The translations under genes and the position numbers were made by a program. From assembly GCA_018823885.1 (NCBI GenBank), contig JAHJHG010000001.1, forward strand, positions 42,439-106,438: a DNA stretch of 64,000 bases. The letters are read 5' to 3'. How positions within the stretch are numbered: the first letter of the stretch is position 1; each line of letters opens with the position of its first letter. Under the pieces are notes generated by a model. That model was not told the origin of the DNA, made no database searches, and saw nothing but the letters and a program-made list of their open reading frames with translations. Below are positions 27,901 to 39,068 of this stretch, piece after piece. This stretch comes from Patescibacteria group bacterium (GTDB taxonomy: Bacteria > Patescibacteriota > Microgenomatia > UBA8517).

Positions 27901-28374
27901 TTAAAGTGGGCAAGTCCCTCCCACAGGGAACCCTCCGGATAAATCGTTCGTACCTGCCATCCCATTAGAGCAAACTATCCAATACTCGCTTGTATTCTCC
28001 AATTCTGCCCATAAAACATATTGTGTTGCAGATACTGTTCCGTCGCCTGGACCATCGGCAGAAAATTGATATGAACTTTGACCTTCATCTATTCTAGGAT
28101 CGTCGGGACAATTTGTACCCAATCCTAAGGGGGTACAAAGAATTGTTGCGTTAACCGAAGCAGCTGAACCATATGAAAGATAAATACCGTCGTATTTGTT
28201 GGCAAATATCTCCAATGAATTTTGATATTGTCTCGTATCAGATTTTCTTTGTGTATCCCTAGCTTGTTTTTGAGTACCAGTATAGGAAACTAGAGCTAAT
28301 GCCGCTAGAAGCCCTAACAAGGAAATTACAACTAAAAGCTCTATCAAAGTGAAGCCTTTTCTTGTTTTATTCAT
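27901..28374 (-). CDS. type IV pilin
   Basis: KG|FTLIELLVVISLLG; RKSDTRQYQNSLEIFANKYDG. Confidence 0.7.
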   Translation of the reverse strand: MNKTRKGFTLIELLVVISLLGLLAALALVSYTGTQKQARDTQRKSDTRQYQNSLEIFANKYDGIYLSYGSAASVNATILCTPLGLGTNCPDDPRIDEGQSSYQFSADGPGDGTVSATQYVLWAELENTSEYWIVCSNGMAGTNDLSGGFPVGGTCPL

Positions 28375-28396
28375 CTACTTTAAATATAGCACTAAA

Positions 28397-28921
28397 CTAC
28401 TCTGTCGGCGTAGTATTTGAGCTTGTTACCGCAAAATTACATGTCTGCGCCCCACAAGAGTGAGTAACTGGCGGATTGGCACAGTCTCCACCAAGACAAT
28501 TTTGATCTTCTGGATTTTCCAATCTAGCAAAGAGCTGGAATTTTTGGTTATTAGCGTTATCTGTAATCAGTTGAACACGATAAACATAATTATGGGAAGA
28601 AACAGGGTCCTCCGGTAAGGTTTTGAAATATACTGTCACACCGTCTGTGAACTCACTAACTCCCCAGGTGCAATCACCAGAGCCCAAAGCAGGATCATAT
28701 TGACAAGCTTGAATTTGCACTCCATTTGCGTCAGGATATTCACCATGATCTGAATAAAAAACTTCTAACGAATTTGCTATTTCTTTCAAGTCTGACTTTC
28801 TCTTGCCGTCTCTTCCTCTCATCTGGGCCGTACGAAAGCCCCCCGCTACCAAAGTAACCAACACTCCTAAAATTGCCATGACTACTAACAGTTCAACTAA
28901 AGTAAATCCTTTATTTTTCAT
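28397..28921 (-). CDS. type IV pilin
   Basis: KG|FTLVELLVVMAILG; RKSDLKEIANSLEVFYSDHGEYP. Confidence 0.7.
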   Translation of the reverse strand: MKNKGFTLVELLVVMAILGVLVTLVAGGFRTAQMRGRDGKRKSDLKEIANSLEVFYSDHGEYPDANGVQIQACQYDPALGSGDCTWGVSEFTDGVTVYFKTLPEDPVSSHNYVYRVQLITDNANNQKFQLFARLENPEDQNCLGGDCANPPVTHSCGAQTCNFAVTSSNTTPTE

Positions 28922-29529
28922 TTTGCTTTTTCCTGCAATAGTTCATTTTCGTATTCTTCTATACTTTTTTCAAGTGGTGTTGCTCCAGATGCTCTCCCAA
29001 AATCACAAATGCGGACTCCGCATGATATATCTCTTTCCGCGATCACGGACTGAGCATCATCCTCATCTTTTCCTTCCAAGCCGGCGTAGAGCTGAAACCT
29101 GTTCTCGTTTGAAATGTAGGTATAGTATGCACCCATGGAACTTTGAGGATCTGATGGCAATGTATTGACATAGGGGGGGTACTCGGGGTCAAAGACATCA
29201 GATAAAGAATCCTTGCCCCACTCACAAGGAGCGTATATTTCAAACAAATCAATTTCCTTATCTTTAGATATAAGCGAATTTTTATACTCTGTGTAGTTAT
29301 CTACCCCATCTTTTTTACAAGCAACAATTTTTCCATCAAGAGAGGGCGGGTAAAAACCAAAATCGTTTTGAAATGCCCCAATAGCATCCGCAATTTGTCC
29401 TAAATCAGCCTTTCGCTGAGCATCTCTAGCGCGCCTTAATGATATTCTGAAATTGTAAAGCGAAGCTGTAAGAATTAGGGTCAAGATTATAAGTATCCCA
29501 AGGATCTCATTTTTACTAAAAGATTTCAT
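28918..29529 (-). CDS. pilin-like protein with non-canonical leader (Ser at -1); start ATG 29529 (ORF-track upstream extension overlaps neighbour)
   Basis: MKSFSKNEILGILIIL: F+1/E+5 spacing retained, G-1 replaced by S; RKADLGQIADAIGAFQNDFGFYP pilin-type helix. Confidence 0.55.
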   Translation of the reverse strand: MKSFSKNEILGILIILTLILTASLYNFRISLRRARDAQRKADLGQIADAIGAFQNDFGFYPPSLDGKIVACKKDGVDNYTEYKNSLISKDKEIDLFEIYAPCEWGKDSLSDVFDPEYPPYVNTLPSDPQSSMGAYYTYISNENRFQLYAGLEGKDEDDAQSVIAERDISCGVRICDFGRASGATPLEKSIEEYENELLQEKAK

Positions 29530-29530
29530 C

Positions 29531-30184
29531 TTAATTCCATGATTGACATTCGTTTTGGGGCTGACCAGTATCGGGATTCGTGCATTGACCGTAGCATGTA
29601 CCGCTACCATAGTTTGGATCACACTCTGGGCCAGGACGCGAAGGGTCCCAATTTATCGGCTGACACACCCCGCCAAAACAACCATAAAAATCCTCTCCTG
29701 TTCCACCGCCGCCACTACCAATCTCTACACAATCTGGATCGGGAGCATTGGGACTACTTTCGTAAAAATTAAAGGAATAATCAGGACCGCATTCTTCATT
29801 TATATCTATGTCTGTTAAATTATCAAGATTCGTATATATCCTATACCATGAAGGACAACTTGAATCTTCATGTTCGTAAAAATAAGAAGCGTTAGTCATG
29901 GGATCACAGGGAACTTTTGACAAATAAGGCTTCAGGCCGGTGTCCTCTGGAATGCAAACAACGAGTGAGGGAAGGGGATAGCAGTTATTGTCCTTTTCGT
30001 ATTCTTCAACAGCCACTTGAATATTATGAATGTCTCCCTTTCTTTTAGCATCATTTCCTTTAAATATCTGGTTTCTGAAATACCACATTATAACGGCCAT
30101 AAGAAATACGAGGATCGATACAACAACAAGAAGCTCAACAAGTGTTACTCCAGAAGCATTCACTTTTCTTTTAAGGCTGCTCAT
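29531..30184 (-). CDS. pilin-like protein with Cys-rich C-terminal domain
   Basis: SG|VTLVELLVVVSIL (V at +1, E+5); RKGDIHNIQVAVEEYEKDNNCYP; many Cys in last approx 80 aa plus GSGGGGTG linker. Confidence 0.6.
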   Translation of the reverse strand: MSSLKRKVNASGVTLVELLVVVSILVFLMAVIMWYFRNQIFKGNDAKRKGDIHNIQVAVEEYEKDNNCYPLPSLVVCIPEDTGLKPYLSKVPCDPMTNASYFYEHEDSSCPSWYRIYTNLDNLTDIDINEECGPDYSFNFYESSPNAPDPDCVEIGSGGGGTGEDFYGCFGGVCQPINWDPSRPGPECDPNYGSGTCYGQCTNPDTGQPQNECQSWN

Positions 30185-30195
30185 TCTTATATATT

Positions 30196-30996
30196 TTAGT
30201 AAAACAAATACAATTTAAGCAAAATTTCTCCCCAAATCAGAATAATTACTAAGGACAAAATCAAAAATGGCCCGAAGGCAATCTGTTTGCCAAAGGAAAT
30301 CTTTTTGATTAATACCAGTATGATTCCAGCCATAGCACCTGTCAAGAAAGCCCCGAAAAGCCACACAACCACCCATGGCCAGCCCAACAAGGTCCCTATA
30401 AATAAGGCAAGTTTTACATCTCCTAAGCCCATTCCTTTCCCTGAAGTCAAAATATATATTGAAAGCAAAAACACCCCTGCACTAAAACCCGACAATAAGT
30501 GAACATATAAGCTGGAAGGATTAATTAGCAATAGACTTAGAAAAACAAAAACCAGTCCAAAAAGACTCAACTCATCTGGAATTATCCTTTTTTCCAAATC
30601 AATTATAAATATCATTAAAACAATCAAAAAAAGTAGAAGCATAAATGGCAAACTCAAAATTCCTAATTCTGTCTGCCAAGAACAAATAAGATTCGAGGAG
30701 AGTGGGGAAGTGCTTCCACACGCAGCCAGCAAATAATAAATTCCGACAAAACCCACTGCCGACATCAGTTCAATCACTGGATATCTAGAAGAAATTTTTC
30801 TGTCGCATCTCCTACATTTACCTTTAAGCATAAGAAAAGACAACAGGGGAACGTTGTCATACCAAGCAATTTTCTTTTTGCAGTTCGGACAAATCGACCT
30901 GCCTTTTTTTATCGACTTACCCAACGGCAATCGATAAGTATAAGCGGTCAGAAATGAACCAGCGACAAGACCATATATAACCAATAAAAAAACCAT
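30196..30996 (-). CDS. pilD: prepilin peptidase (A24 family)
   Basis: N-terminal CxxC...CxxC zinc motif (CPNCKKKI...CRRCDRKI), multiple TMs, catalytic GLGDVKL. Confidence 0.85.
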   Translation of the reverse strand: MVFLLVIYGLVAGSFLTAYTYRLPLGKSIKKGRSICPNCKKKIAWYDNVPLLSFLMLKGKCRRCDRKISSRYPVIELMSAVGFVGIYYLLAACGSTSPLSSNLICSWQTELGILSLPFMLLLFLIVLMIFIIDLEKRIIPDELSLFGLVFVFLSLLLINPSSLYVHLLSGFSAGVFLLSIYILTSGKGMGLGDVKLALFIGTLLGWPWVVVWLFGAFLTGAMAGIILVLIKKISFGKQIAFGPFLILSLVIILIWGEILLKLYLFY

Positions 30997-31050
30997 AAAC
31001 TAAATTCTATCTTCCAATACCCATGGAGCTAGAAAAGCTAGCTCCATTTA

Positions 31051-31659
31051 TTACGGCACACAAGTGAAACAACCGTTTGTTATCCAGTTAGCATCATCTG
31101 CGTCACACGCTGTTGTTGCGCTTCTTGATCCGTCTGCTGGGTTAATTGTAAAAACCTCGGCGTCAGCAACTGCCGTTTGGCGTGTCGCTTTAGCTGCGGG
31201 AATGAAACAAGAATATACTGATTCTGATGTACCTTGTTCTTTGCCTATAAATAGCTTTTTAGAATCATCAGTTCCTGAGTGATTGTCAATAAAATCCCTA
31301 TTTCTAAATTCTGATTTCAACTCATCGTTCTCAAGTAACACACCATCAACGGTGCAATCAGCTCCACAAATACCAATTCCTTCATCTCCGGCACTAACAA
31401 ATCCGTAAGAAGCATCATTATCTAAAGCACTTCCTGATGTTACCCATGGAAATTCTTGTCTTGCGGCGAAGTATCTGTCCACTGCCGAAATCAACTGGGC
31501 CGAATCTGCTTTGAATCTTGTATCTCTGGCGCGGTTGGCTTGTTCAATTGGGTTTATGGCAGCAATCACGATCATGGCTATAGCGCCCAAAAGACCGATT
31601 ACGATCAAAAGCTCAACCAACGTAAAACCTAAGTTTCTTTTTAAATCTCGGGTATTCAA
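31051..31659 (-). CDS. pilA: type IV pilin, candidate major pilin (TTG start, GGAGGTGA RBS)
   Basis: LG|FTLVELLIVIGLLGAIAMIV class III signal; 202 aa with C-terminal Cys pair; adjacent to pilD/pilC. Confidence 0.7.
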   Translation of the reverse strand: MNTRDLKRNLGFTLVELLIVIGLLGAIAMIVIAAINPIEQANRARDTRFKADSAQLISAVDRYFAARQEFPWVTSGSALDNDASYGFVSAGDEGIGICGADCTVDGVLLENDELKSEFRNRDFIDNHSGTDDSKKLFIGKEQGTSESVYSCFIPAAKATRQTAVADAEVFTINPADGSRSATTACDADDANWITNGCFTCVP

Positions 31660-31724
31660 ATTTTCTCACCTCCTTTTATGCTCACTATTTTAGTATTAGT
31701 TAAACCAAACATACTGTCAAGTTA

Positions 31725-32930
31725 TTAAAACTGGCTTGTCAGGTTGTATATCGGCAAGATAATGGCGATTACCAAAAATCCTACCCCAAGCCCCAACAAA
31801 ACCATAACCAAAGGCTCGATAGCAGCCGTTAACGTTTTTACTTTTTGGTCAGATTCTACTTCAAAAACATGACTGACCTTTTTTAGAACTTCGTCCATTT
31901 TCCCTGTTTCCTCTCCAACGGCAACCATTTGAGATAAAAGATAAGGGAAAGCCTCGGGATGCTTAGCAAAAGAAAACGCAACGGGAAATCCTTTTTCTAC
32001 CTGTTTTGCAGAATCTTTCAAAGCATCTGAAATAACAACATTTCCAACCACACCTGCCGAAATATTTAGTGCTTCTAGTATGGATACACCAGACCCAACC
32101 ATAAGACTGAGTGTTCTTGTCAATTCTGTTAAGATAACCTCACGTTGTAAATCTCCAAAAATCGGGAGTTTAAACAACAGCTCATCTGTTTTTTTACGAC
32201 CGGCAGGTGTTTTTCTGTAGAGAGAAAGACCGTATACAGCAAATCCGCCTAAAACCAAAAGCAAAGGCCAAAAGTGCATAAGAAAAGTGGAAAGACCAAT
32301 TAAAATTTGCGTAGCCATTGGAAGCTCAGCGTCAAATTCCTCATAAAGGGAAGTCAATCTGGGAATTACAAATATCATCATAACGAAACCAACAACAACC
32401 ATTCCGCCAACAATAATGGCTGGGTAAATTAGAGCCCCTTTTACTTTTCCTTTAAACTCCTGTTGTTTTTCCATTGAGTCGGCAAGCCTTAGTAGAACCT
32501 CATCCATAACTCCACCTACTTCACCTGATTTTACAAGCGCAATGTAAGTGGGGGAGAAAGCTTTTGAATGTCTTCCTATCGCCACAGAGAGAGATTCGCC
32601 TCCTTCCACATCGGCAAGGACCTGAGCCGTCATTTTTTGCATAGAACCTTTTACTTGCGACCTTAAAATCAGAAGAGCTTCTGTAATTGGTAATCCGGCA
32701 TTTACCATTGTGGAAAGTTGTCGTGTAAAAGTGGCAATATCGGAAGGAGTAATTCTATCTTTAAAGGTCCTCAATATATTGAGAGGATTTTCTCTTCTTA
32801 ATTTTATGGAAATTACGATTAACCCTTTTCCTCGAACAAGTTTGGCCGCGTGTTTGTCATTAGAGGCTTCAACTTCGCCTGTAACCAGCTTTCCTGTCTT
32901 GTCCTTTGCCTTGTAAATATATCTTTTCAT
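31725..32930 (-). CDS. pilC: type IV pilus inner-membrane platform protein PilC (GspF family)
   Basis: Two GspF repeats with three TMs, 401 aa. Confidence 0.85.
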   Translation of the reverse strand: MKRYIYKAKDKTGKLVTGEVEASNDKHAAKLVRGKGLIVISIKLRRENPLNILRTFKDRITPSDIATFTRQLSTMVNAGLPITEALLILRSQVKGSMQKMTAQVLADVEGGESLSVAIGRHSKAFSPTYIALVKSGEVGGVMDEVLLRLADSMEKQQEFKGKVKGALIYPAIIVGGMVVVGFVMMIFVIPRLTSLYEEFDAELPMATQILIGLSTFLMHFWPLLLVLGGFAVYGLSLYRKTPAGRKKTDELLFKLPIFGDLQREVILTELTRTLSLMVGSGVSILEALNISAGVVGNVVISDALKDSAKQVEKGFPVAFSFAKHPEAFPYLLSQMVAVGEETGKMDEVLKKVSHVFEVESDQKVKTLTAAIEPLVMVLLGLGVGFLVIAIILPIYNLTSQF

Positions 32931-32931
32931 T

Positions 32932-34014
32932 TCATCGTTTCAGGCTTTGCATTGGAGCGGTATTTCTGACTAAACGATTTAATTCTTCAGGCCTGAGCGA
33001 AAAACTCTGTGCTGTCTCAAGGGTAACGTGTCCCGAACGTACAAAAGCAGCTAAAGAAACTTCTAGAGTATTCATCCCTGCCTCTTGTGAGGTTTGCAGA
33101 ATAGATTCGATTTGGTGCGATTTCCCTTCACGAATAGATGTTTTTATAGCTGAAGTTCCGAGCATTATCTCATACCCGACAACTCTTCCACCAGCAATTG
33201 CGGGGACAAGACGCATTGAAAAAACTGCTTCAAGTACATTGGAAAGCTGTAGGCGTACCTGTCCCTGTTGTTCTTCTGGAAAAACATCAACTATTCTATC
33301 AATTGTTTGGGCGGCCGAATTTGTATGCAGTGTCGCGAATACTAAATGTCCTGTTTCGGCAACGGTTAGCGCTGATGCAATCGTTTCGTGATCTCGCATC
33401 TCACCAACCAAAACCACATCCGGATCTTCTCGCAATACCGATCTTAAAGCCACCTGCCAAGAGTGTGTATCTGAGCCCATCTCTCTTTGAGAAATAATTG
33501 ATTTATCAGGCCGGAATATAAATTCAACTGGATCTTCTATGGTTACTATGTGGGTGGCTCTCGTCTTATTTATCTCATTTAACATAGCCGCCAATGTCGT
33601 TGATTTTCCATGCCCAGTAGGTCCAGTTACTAAAACAAGACCTTGCCTCAAGCGAGTGAAGCTGTGGAGGATTTTGGGTAAACCAAGCGTATCTATGTCG
33701 GGAATCTCCAAAGGAATCCTTCGAAAAGCTAGAGCGTAGGTTCCTTTTTGTGTATAAGCATTCACCCTGAAACGCGCCTTTTCGCTAAAAGATAGCGAAA
33801 AATCAAGCTCTTTATTAACTGTTAATCTCTCAAGACGTTCATTAGATAATATTTCCTTCAAAAAGCTACCGATTATCTCCGGTGTTAATATCGCCTCGTT
33901 GGGAACGGGAGCCAAGGCACCATCTATACGAAGTGTCGGAGGAATGTTTGCGACAATATGAAGGTCAGAAGCCTTCCTTTCAACCGTTAATTGTAATAAT
34001 TCTTTTATACCCAT
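32932..34014 (-). CDS. pilT: twitching-motility retraction ATPase PilT
   Basis: Walker A GPTGHGKSTT, Asp box/Walker B LREDPDVVLVGEMRD, His box; 360 aa without N-terminal extension. Confidence 0.85.
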   Translation of the reverse strand: MGIKELLQLTVERKASDLHIVANIPPTLRIDGALAPVPNEAILTPEIIGSFLKEILSNERLERLTVNKELDFSLSFSEKARFRVNAYTQKGTYALAFRRIPLEIPDIDTLGLPKILHSFTRLRQGLVLVTGPTGHGKSTTLAAMLNEINKTRATHIVTIEDPVEFIFRPDKSIISQREMGSDTHSWQVALRSVLREDPDVVLVGEMRDHETIASALTVAETGHLVFATLHTNSAAQTIDRIVDVFPEEQQGQVRLQLSNVLEAVFSMRLVPAIAGGRVVGYEIMLGTSAIKTSIREGKSHQIESILQTSQEAGMNTLEVSLAAFVRSGHVTLETAQSFSLRPEELNRLVRNTAPMQSLKR

Positions 34015-34018
34015 ACTG

Positions 34019-35761
34019 TTAATCTTGTGCCACTCTTAATGTTTCTTCCAGTGTGGTTATTCCTTCTAATACTTTCAGGAATCCATCTTGTTTGAGTGTT
34101 ATCATTCCTTCTTCTCTTGCTTGCTTTTCTATCCCAGATGCAGGGGAGCGTTCCAAAATCAATCTACTGATCTTTTCCGTGATAGACAGCACTTCAAAAA
34201 TACCAACTCTTCCGTAGTAACCCGAATTATTGCATTCTGCACACCCCTTGCCTTTATAAAGCTTTACTGCTTTACCATCAGGCCAAAGATTTCCAAGAAC
34301 CCCCTTAATTTCACTGACAATCTTAGGATCCGCATCATAAGCTACTTTACATTTATCGTGTATTTTTCTGACTACTCTTTGAGCTACAACAGCTGTCATC
34401 GAAGAAGCCAAAAGATATGGTTCTGCATGCATATCCAAAAGCCGGGGGAGCGCACCGGATGCGTCATTTGTATGAAGCGTTGAAAAAACCAAGTGTCCAG
34501 TTAATGATGCCTGAATCGCTAAATCTGCAGTTTCTTGGTCTCGTACCTCTCCAACTAAAATAACGTTTGGATCTTGTCTCAAAAATGATCTCAAGCCGGA
34601 TGCAAAAGTAAGTCCTGCCGCTGGATTTACTTGCACCTGATTAACGCCTGGAATTTTATATTCAATCGGATCTTCTAGTGTCATTATGTTAATTTTTGAA
34701 GTATTAATTCTTTGAATAATTGAATAAAGCGTCGTTGTTTTACCAGAGCCAGTCGGTCCACAAATCAAAACAATTCCGTGAGGCCTCAATATTGCGTCTT
34801 CAAGATTTTTTAAACCACGACCGCGAAGGCCCAGATCAGGTAGGTCAGGAATCCCTCCTGTTTTTTTAAGAAGCCTCATTACGATTTTCTCGCCCCAGGT
34901 GGAAGGCAAAGAAGATACACGCAAATCAACTTCTTCGTCTCCGCCTTTGAAGCTAAACCTTCCATCTTGCGGAACTCTTTTTTCATCAATTTTCATACCC
35001 GATAGAATCTTTATCCTGGAAATAAGAGCATCATGGAGCGCTTTTGGAATAGTTAGTTTCTCCTGCAAAATCCCATCGATTCGATAACGCACCCTTGTCG
35101 ATTTCTCTTGAGATTCAATATGGACGTCCGAAGCCCTAGCCCTTATAGCAAAATCAAGAATATGGGTAACAATCTCTGATACTCTTTCTTCTCTTATAAA
35201 TCCAGTCTTTTGGGCCTCAAGGGTTTTCGTCTGGGATTTTTCTGGAGCAACTTCCTTTAAGGCTTCCGTCACTTCTTGTGCCAGAGAAGATGTGTATCGA
35301 GTCGATATAGCGTGTTCTATTTTTGAAAGTTCGGCTGCATGAGGCTTCACGGAAAGACCAGTCTTTTGCTCAATAAATTCTATTGCCGTCAAATCAAGAG
35401 GGTCTGCCATTGCCAAAGCCATTTGCTTGGAAGGTGCATCTACAGATATCGGAAAAGCCTTAAATTTGTTGGCTACTTCCTGAGGTAAAACCGCTAAGGC
35501 TTCCGGAGAGGCGGGGATCGTCCCGAGGTCAATATAGGGAACATTGTATAAAGATGCTTTTGCTTTAACTAACGCATCCTCGGTAACTAAATTTTGACTT
35601 TTTAATATTTCCTCTTGTGTTTTTCCTGTTTGAATTTCCGCTGTTTTTACTTGCTGTGCGCGGCCCACATCAAGTGCTTTTTGAGCAACTAAGATATCTG
35701 CCAAGGTTTGGCCCGTTTCGCCGTTTGGGTTTACATTAGTGGTAGTGGGTTGGGCAGCCAT
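34019..35761 (-). CDS. pilB: type IV pilus extension ATPase PilB (GspE family)
   Basis: GspII N-domain, Walker A GPTGSGKTTT, VGEVRDQETA, tetracysteine CxxC...CxxC (GCAECNNSGYYGRVG). Confidence 0.9.
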   Translation of the reverse strand: MAAQPTTTNVNPNGETGQTLADILVAQKALDVGRAQQVKTAEIQTGKTQEEILKSQNLVTEDALVKAKASLYNVPYIDLGTIPASPEALAVLPQEVANKFKAFPISVDAPSKQMALAMADPLDLTAIEFIEQKTGLSVKPHAAELSKIEHAISTRYTSSLAQEVTEALKEVAPEKSQTKTLEAQKTGFIREERVSEIVTHILDFAIRARASDVHIESQEKSTRVRYRIDGILQEKLTIPKALHDALISRIKILSGMKIDEKRVPQDGRFSFKGGDEEVDLRVSSLPSTWGEKIVMRLLKKTGGIPDLPDLGLRGRGLKNLEDAILRPHGIVLICGPTGSGKTTTLYSIIQRINTSKINIMTLEDPIEYKIPGVNQVQVNPAAGLTFASGLRSFLRQDPNVILVGEVRDQETADLAIQASLTGHLVFSTLHTNDASGALPRLLDMHAEPYLLASSMTAVVAQRVVRKIHDKCKVAYDADPKIVSEIKGVLGNLWPDGKAVKLYKGKGCAECNNSGYYGRVGIFEVLSITEKISRLILERSPASGIEKQAREEGMITLKQDGFLKVLEGITTLEETLRVAQD

Positions 35762-35850
35762 AATATCAATAGGTGTTTAAAACACCTTGAATTAATTATG
35801 ACCGAATACTCTTTTCCTATCAAGTGCTTCACACAACAAAACTAAACCGC

Positions 35851-35879
35851 TTGACACCTTATCGCTTGTAGCTTAATAC
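35851..35879 (+). promoter_or_regulatory. sigma-70-type promoter candidate for holB-gyrB
   Basis: TTGACA (35851-35856) - 17 nt - TAATAC (35874-35879), 10 nt before ATG 35889. Confidence 0.4.
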
Positions 35880-35888
35880 TATTCTCGC

Positions 35889-36503
35889 ATGCATGCTTAT
35901 TTATTAATCGGCAATAACCAGCAGGAAGTAGACAGTAAAATCGAAAAGCTTATAAATAAATTAAAAGTTAAGCTTCTAGAATATCCTTTGATTAAAATAA
36001 AAGATGTAAGAGAGTTGGGTTCTTTTACCAGGCTTTCAATCGACGCCCCTACCGGGATATTGATCAAAGATGTGAATACCGCGTCAACAGAAGCATTAAA
36101 TGCGTTTTTAAAGAATTTAGAAGAACCTCAGAAAAATATTTTTTATATCCTAACCGCCAGTTCCGTTAATAATCTTCCTCCAACAATCATTTCGAGATGT
36201 CAAATCATTAAAGTAAGGGGGAAAAAGGAACTAGACAGTGAAAGCAGAAAAGAAGTAAGCGCATTTGAAAAGAAAAGTAAGGTTGGCCAACTCCAAAAAA
36301 CCAGCAGGATATGGAATAGACAGGAAGCAATATTTTTTGTTGAAAATTACATTCTCCACGTCCACTCATTACTTCTAAAAACCAATAATGGCTATCGTTC
36401 CTTTGCAAAAAACATAAGATGCGCCAATCAAGCTTTAAATAGTTTAAACGCTAACGGAAATGTTCAATTGCAGTTAACAAATTTCGTTCTTGGCCTTGTT
36501 TAG
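35889..36503 (+). CDS. holB: DNA polymerase III delta-prime-like clamp-loader subunit (short, no Walker A)
   Basis: HAYLLIG (HAYLF motif), NAFLKNLEEP, sensor SRCQ; 204 aa. Confidence 0.6.
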   Translation: MHAYLLIGNNQQEVDSKIEKLINKLKVKLLEYPLIKIKDVRELGSFTRLSIDAPTGILIKDVNTASTEALNAFLKNLEEPQKNIFYILTASSVNNLPPTIISRCQIIKVRGKKELDSESRKEVSAFEKKSKVGQLQKTSRIWNRQEAIFFVENYILHVHSLLLKTNNGYRSFAKNIRCANQALNSLNANGNVQLQLTNFVLGLV

Positions 36504-36524
36504 ATACCTCGTTTCGGGGTATAA

Positions 36525-38549
<2,025 letters not shown>

Positions 38550-38587
38550 AAATCGACAAGTGATAAGTAATATAATAAAGTAATACA

Positions 38588-39067
38588 ATGATGGAAATTA
38601 AAGTATTTATTGAAGTCTCAGCGGGGGGAAAAGTCAAGTATGAGCTTGATGAAAAAACGAAAGAATTAAAAGTAGACAGATTTTTGCACACAGCCGTAAT
38701 TTTCCCTTTTAACTATGGATCCATTGAGGGTTCTATGGGGCAAGATGGAGACCCGCTTGACGCACTTGTACTATCAGATGAAGCAGTTGAACCAGGAGTT
38801 GTCATGACATGTCGCCCCATTGGCCTTCTGGAAATGAAAGACGAAGCAGGGATAGACACTAAAATAATTACTGTTCCTATAGAGAAGATAGATCCTATCT
38901 TTGGGAAATTCGATAATATCGATGATATACCCGAACCAACACTAAAAGAAATAAAACATTTCTTTAAAAATTACAAAAGCCTAGAGCCTGGAAAATGGGT
39001 AGAGGTACATCGTTTTAGAAATAGGTCTGACGCTGAAAAGTCAATCAAGAAAGCACTGGGAAAATAA
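38588..39067 (+). CDS. ppa: inorganic pyrophosphatase (family I)
   Basis: DGDPLDALVL and flanking metal-binding Asp signature. Confidence 0.85.
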   Translation: MMEIKVFIEVSAGGKVKYELDEKTKELKVDRFLHTAVIFPFNYGSIEGSMGQDGDPLDALVLSDEAVEPGVVMTCRPIGLLEMKDEAGIDTKIITVPIEKIDPIFGKFDNIDDIPEPTLKEIKHFFKNYKSLEPGKWVEVHRFRNRSDAEKSIKKALGK

Positions 39068-39068
39068 C

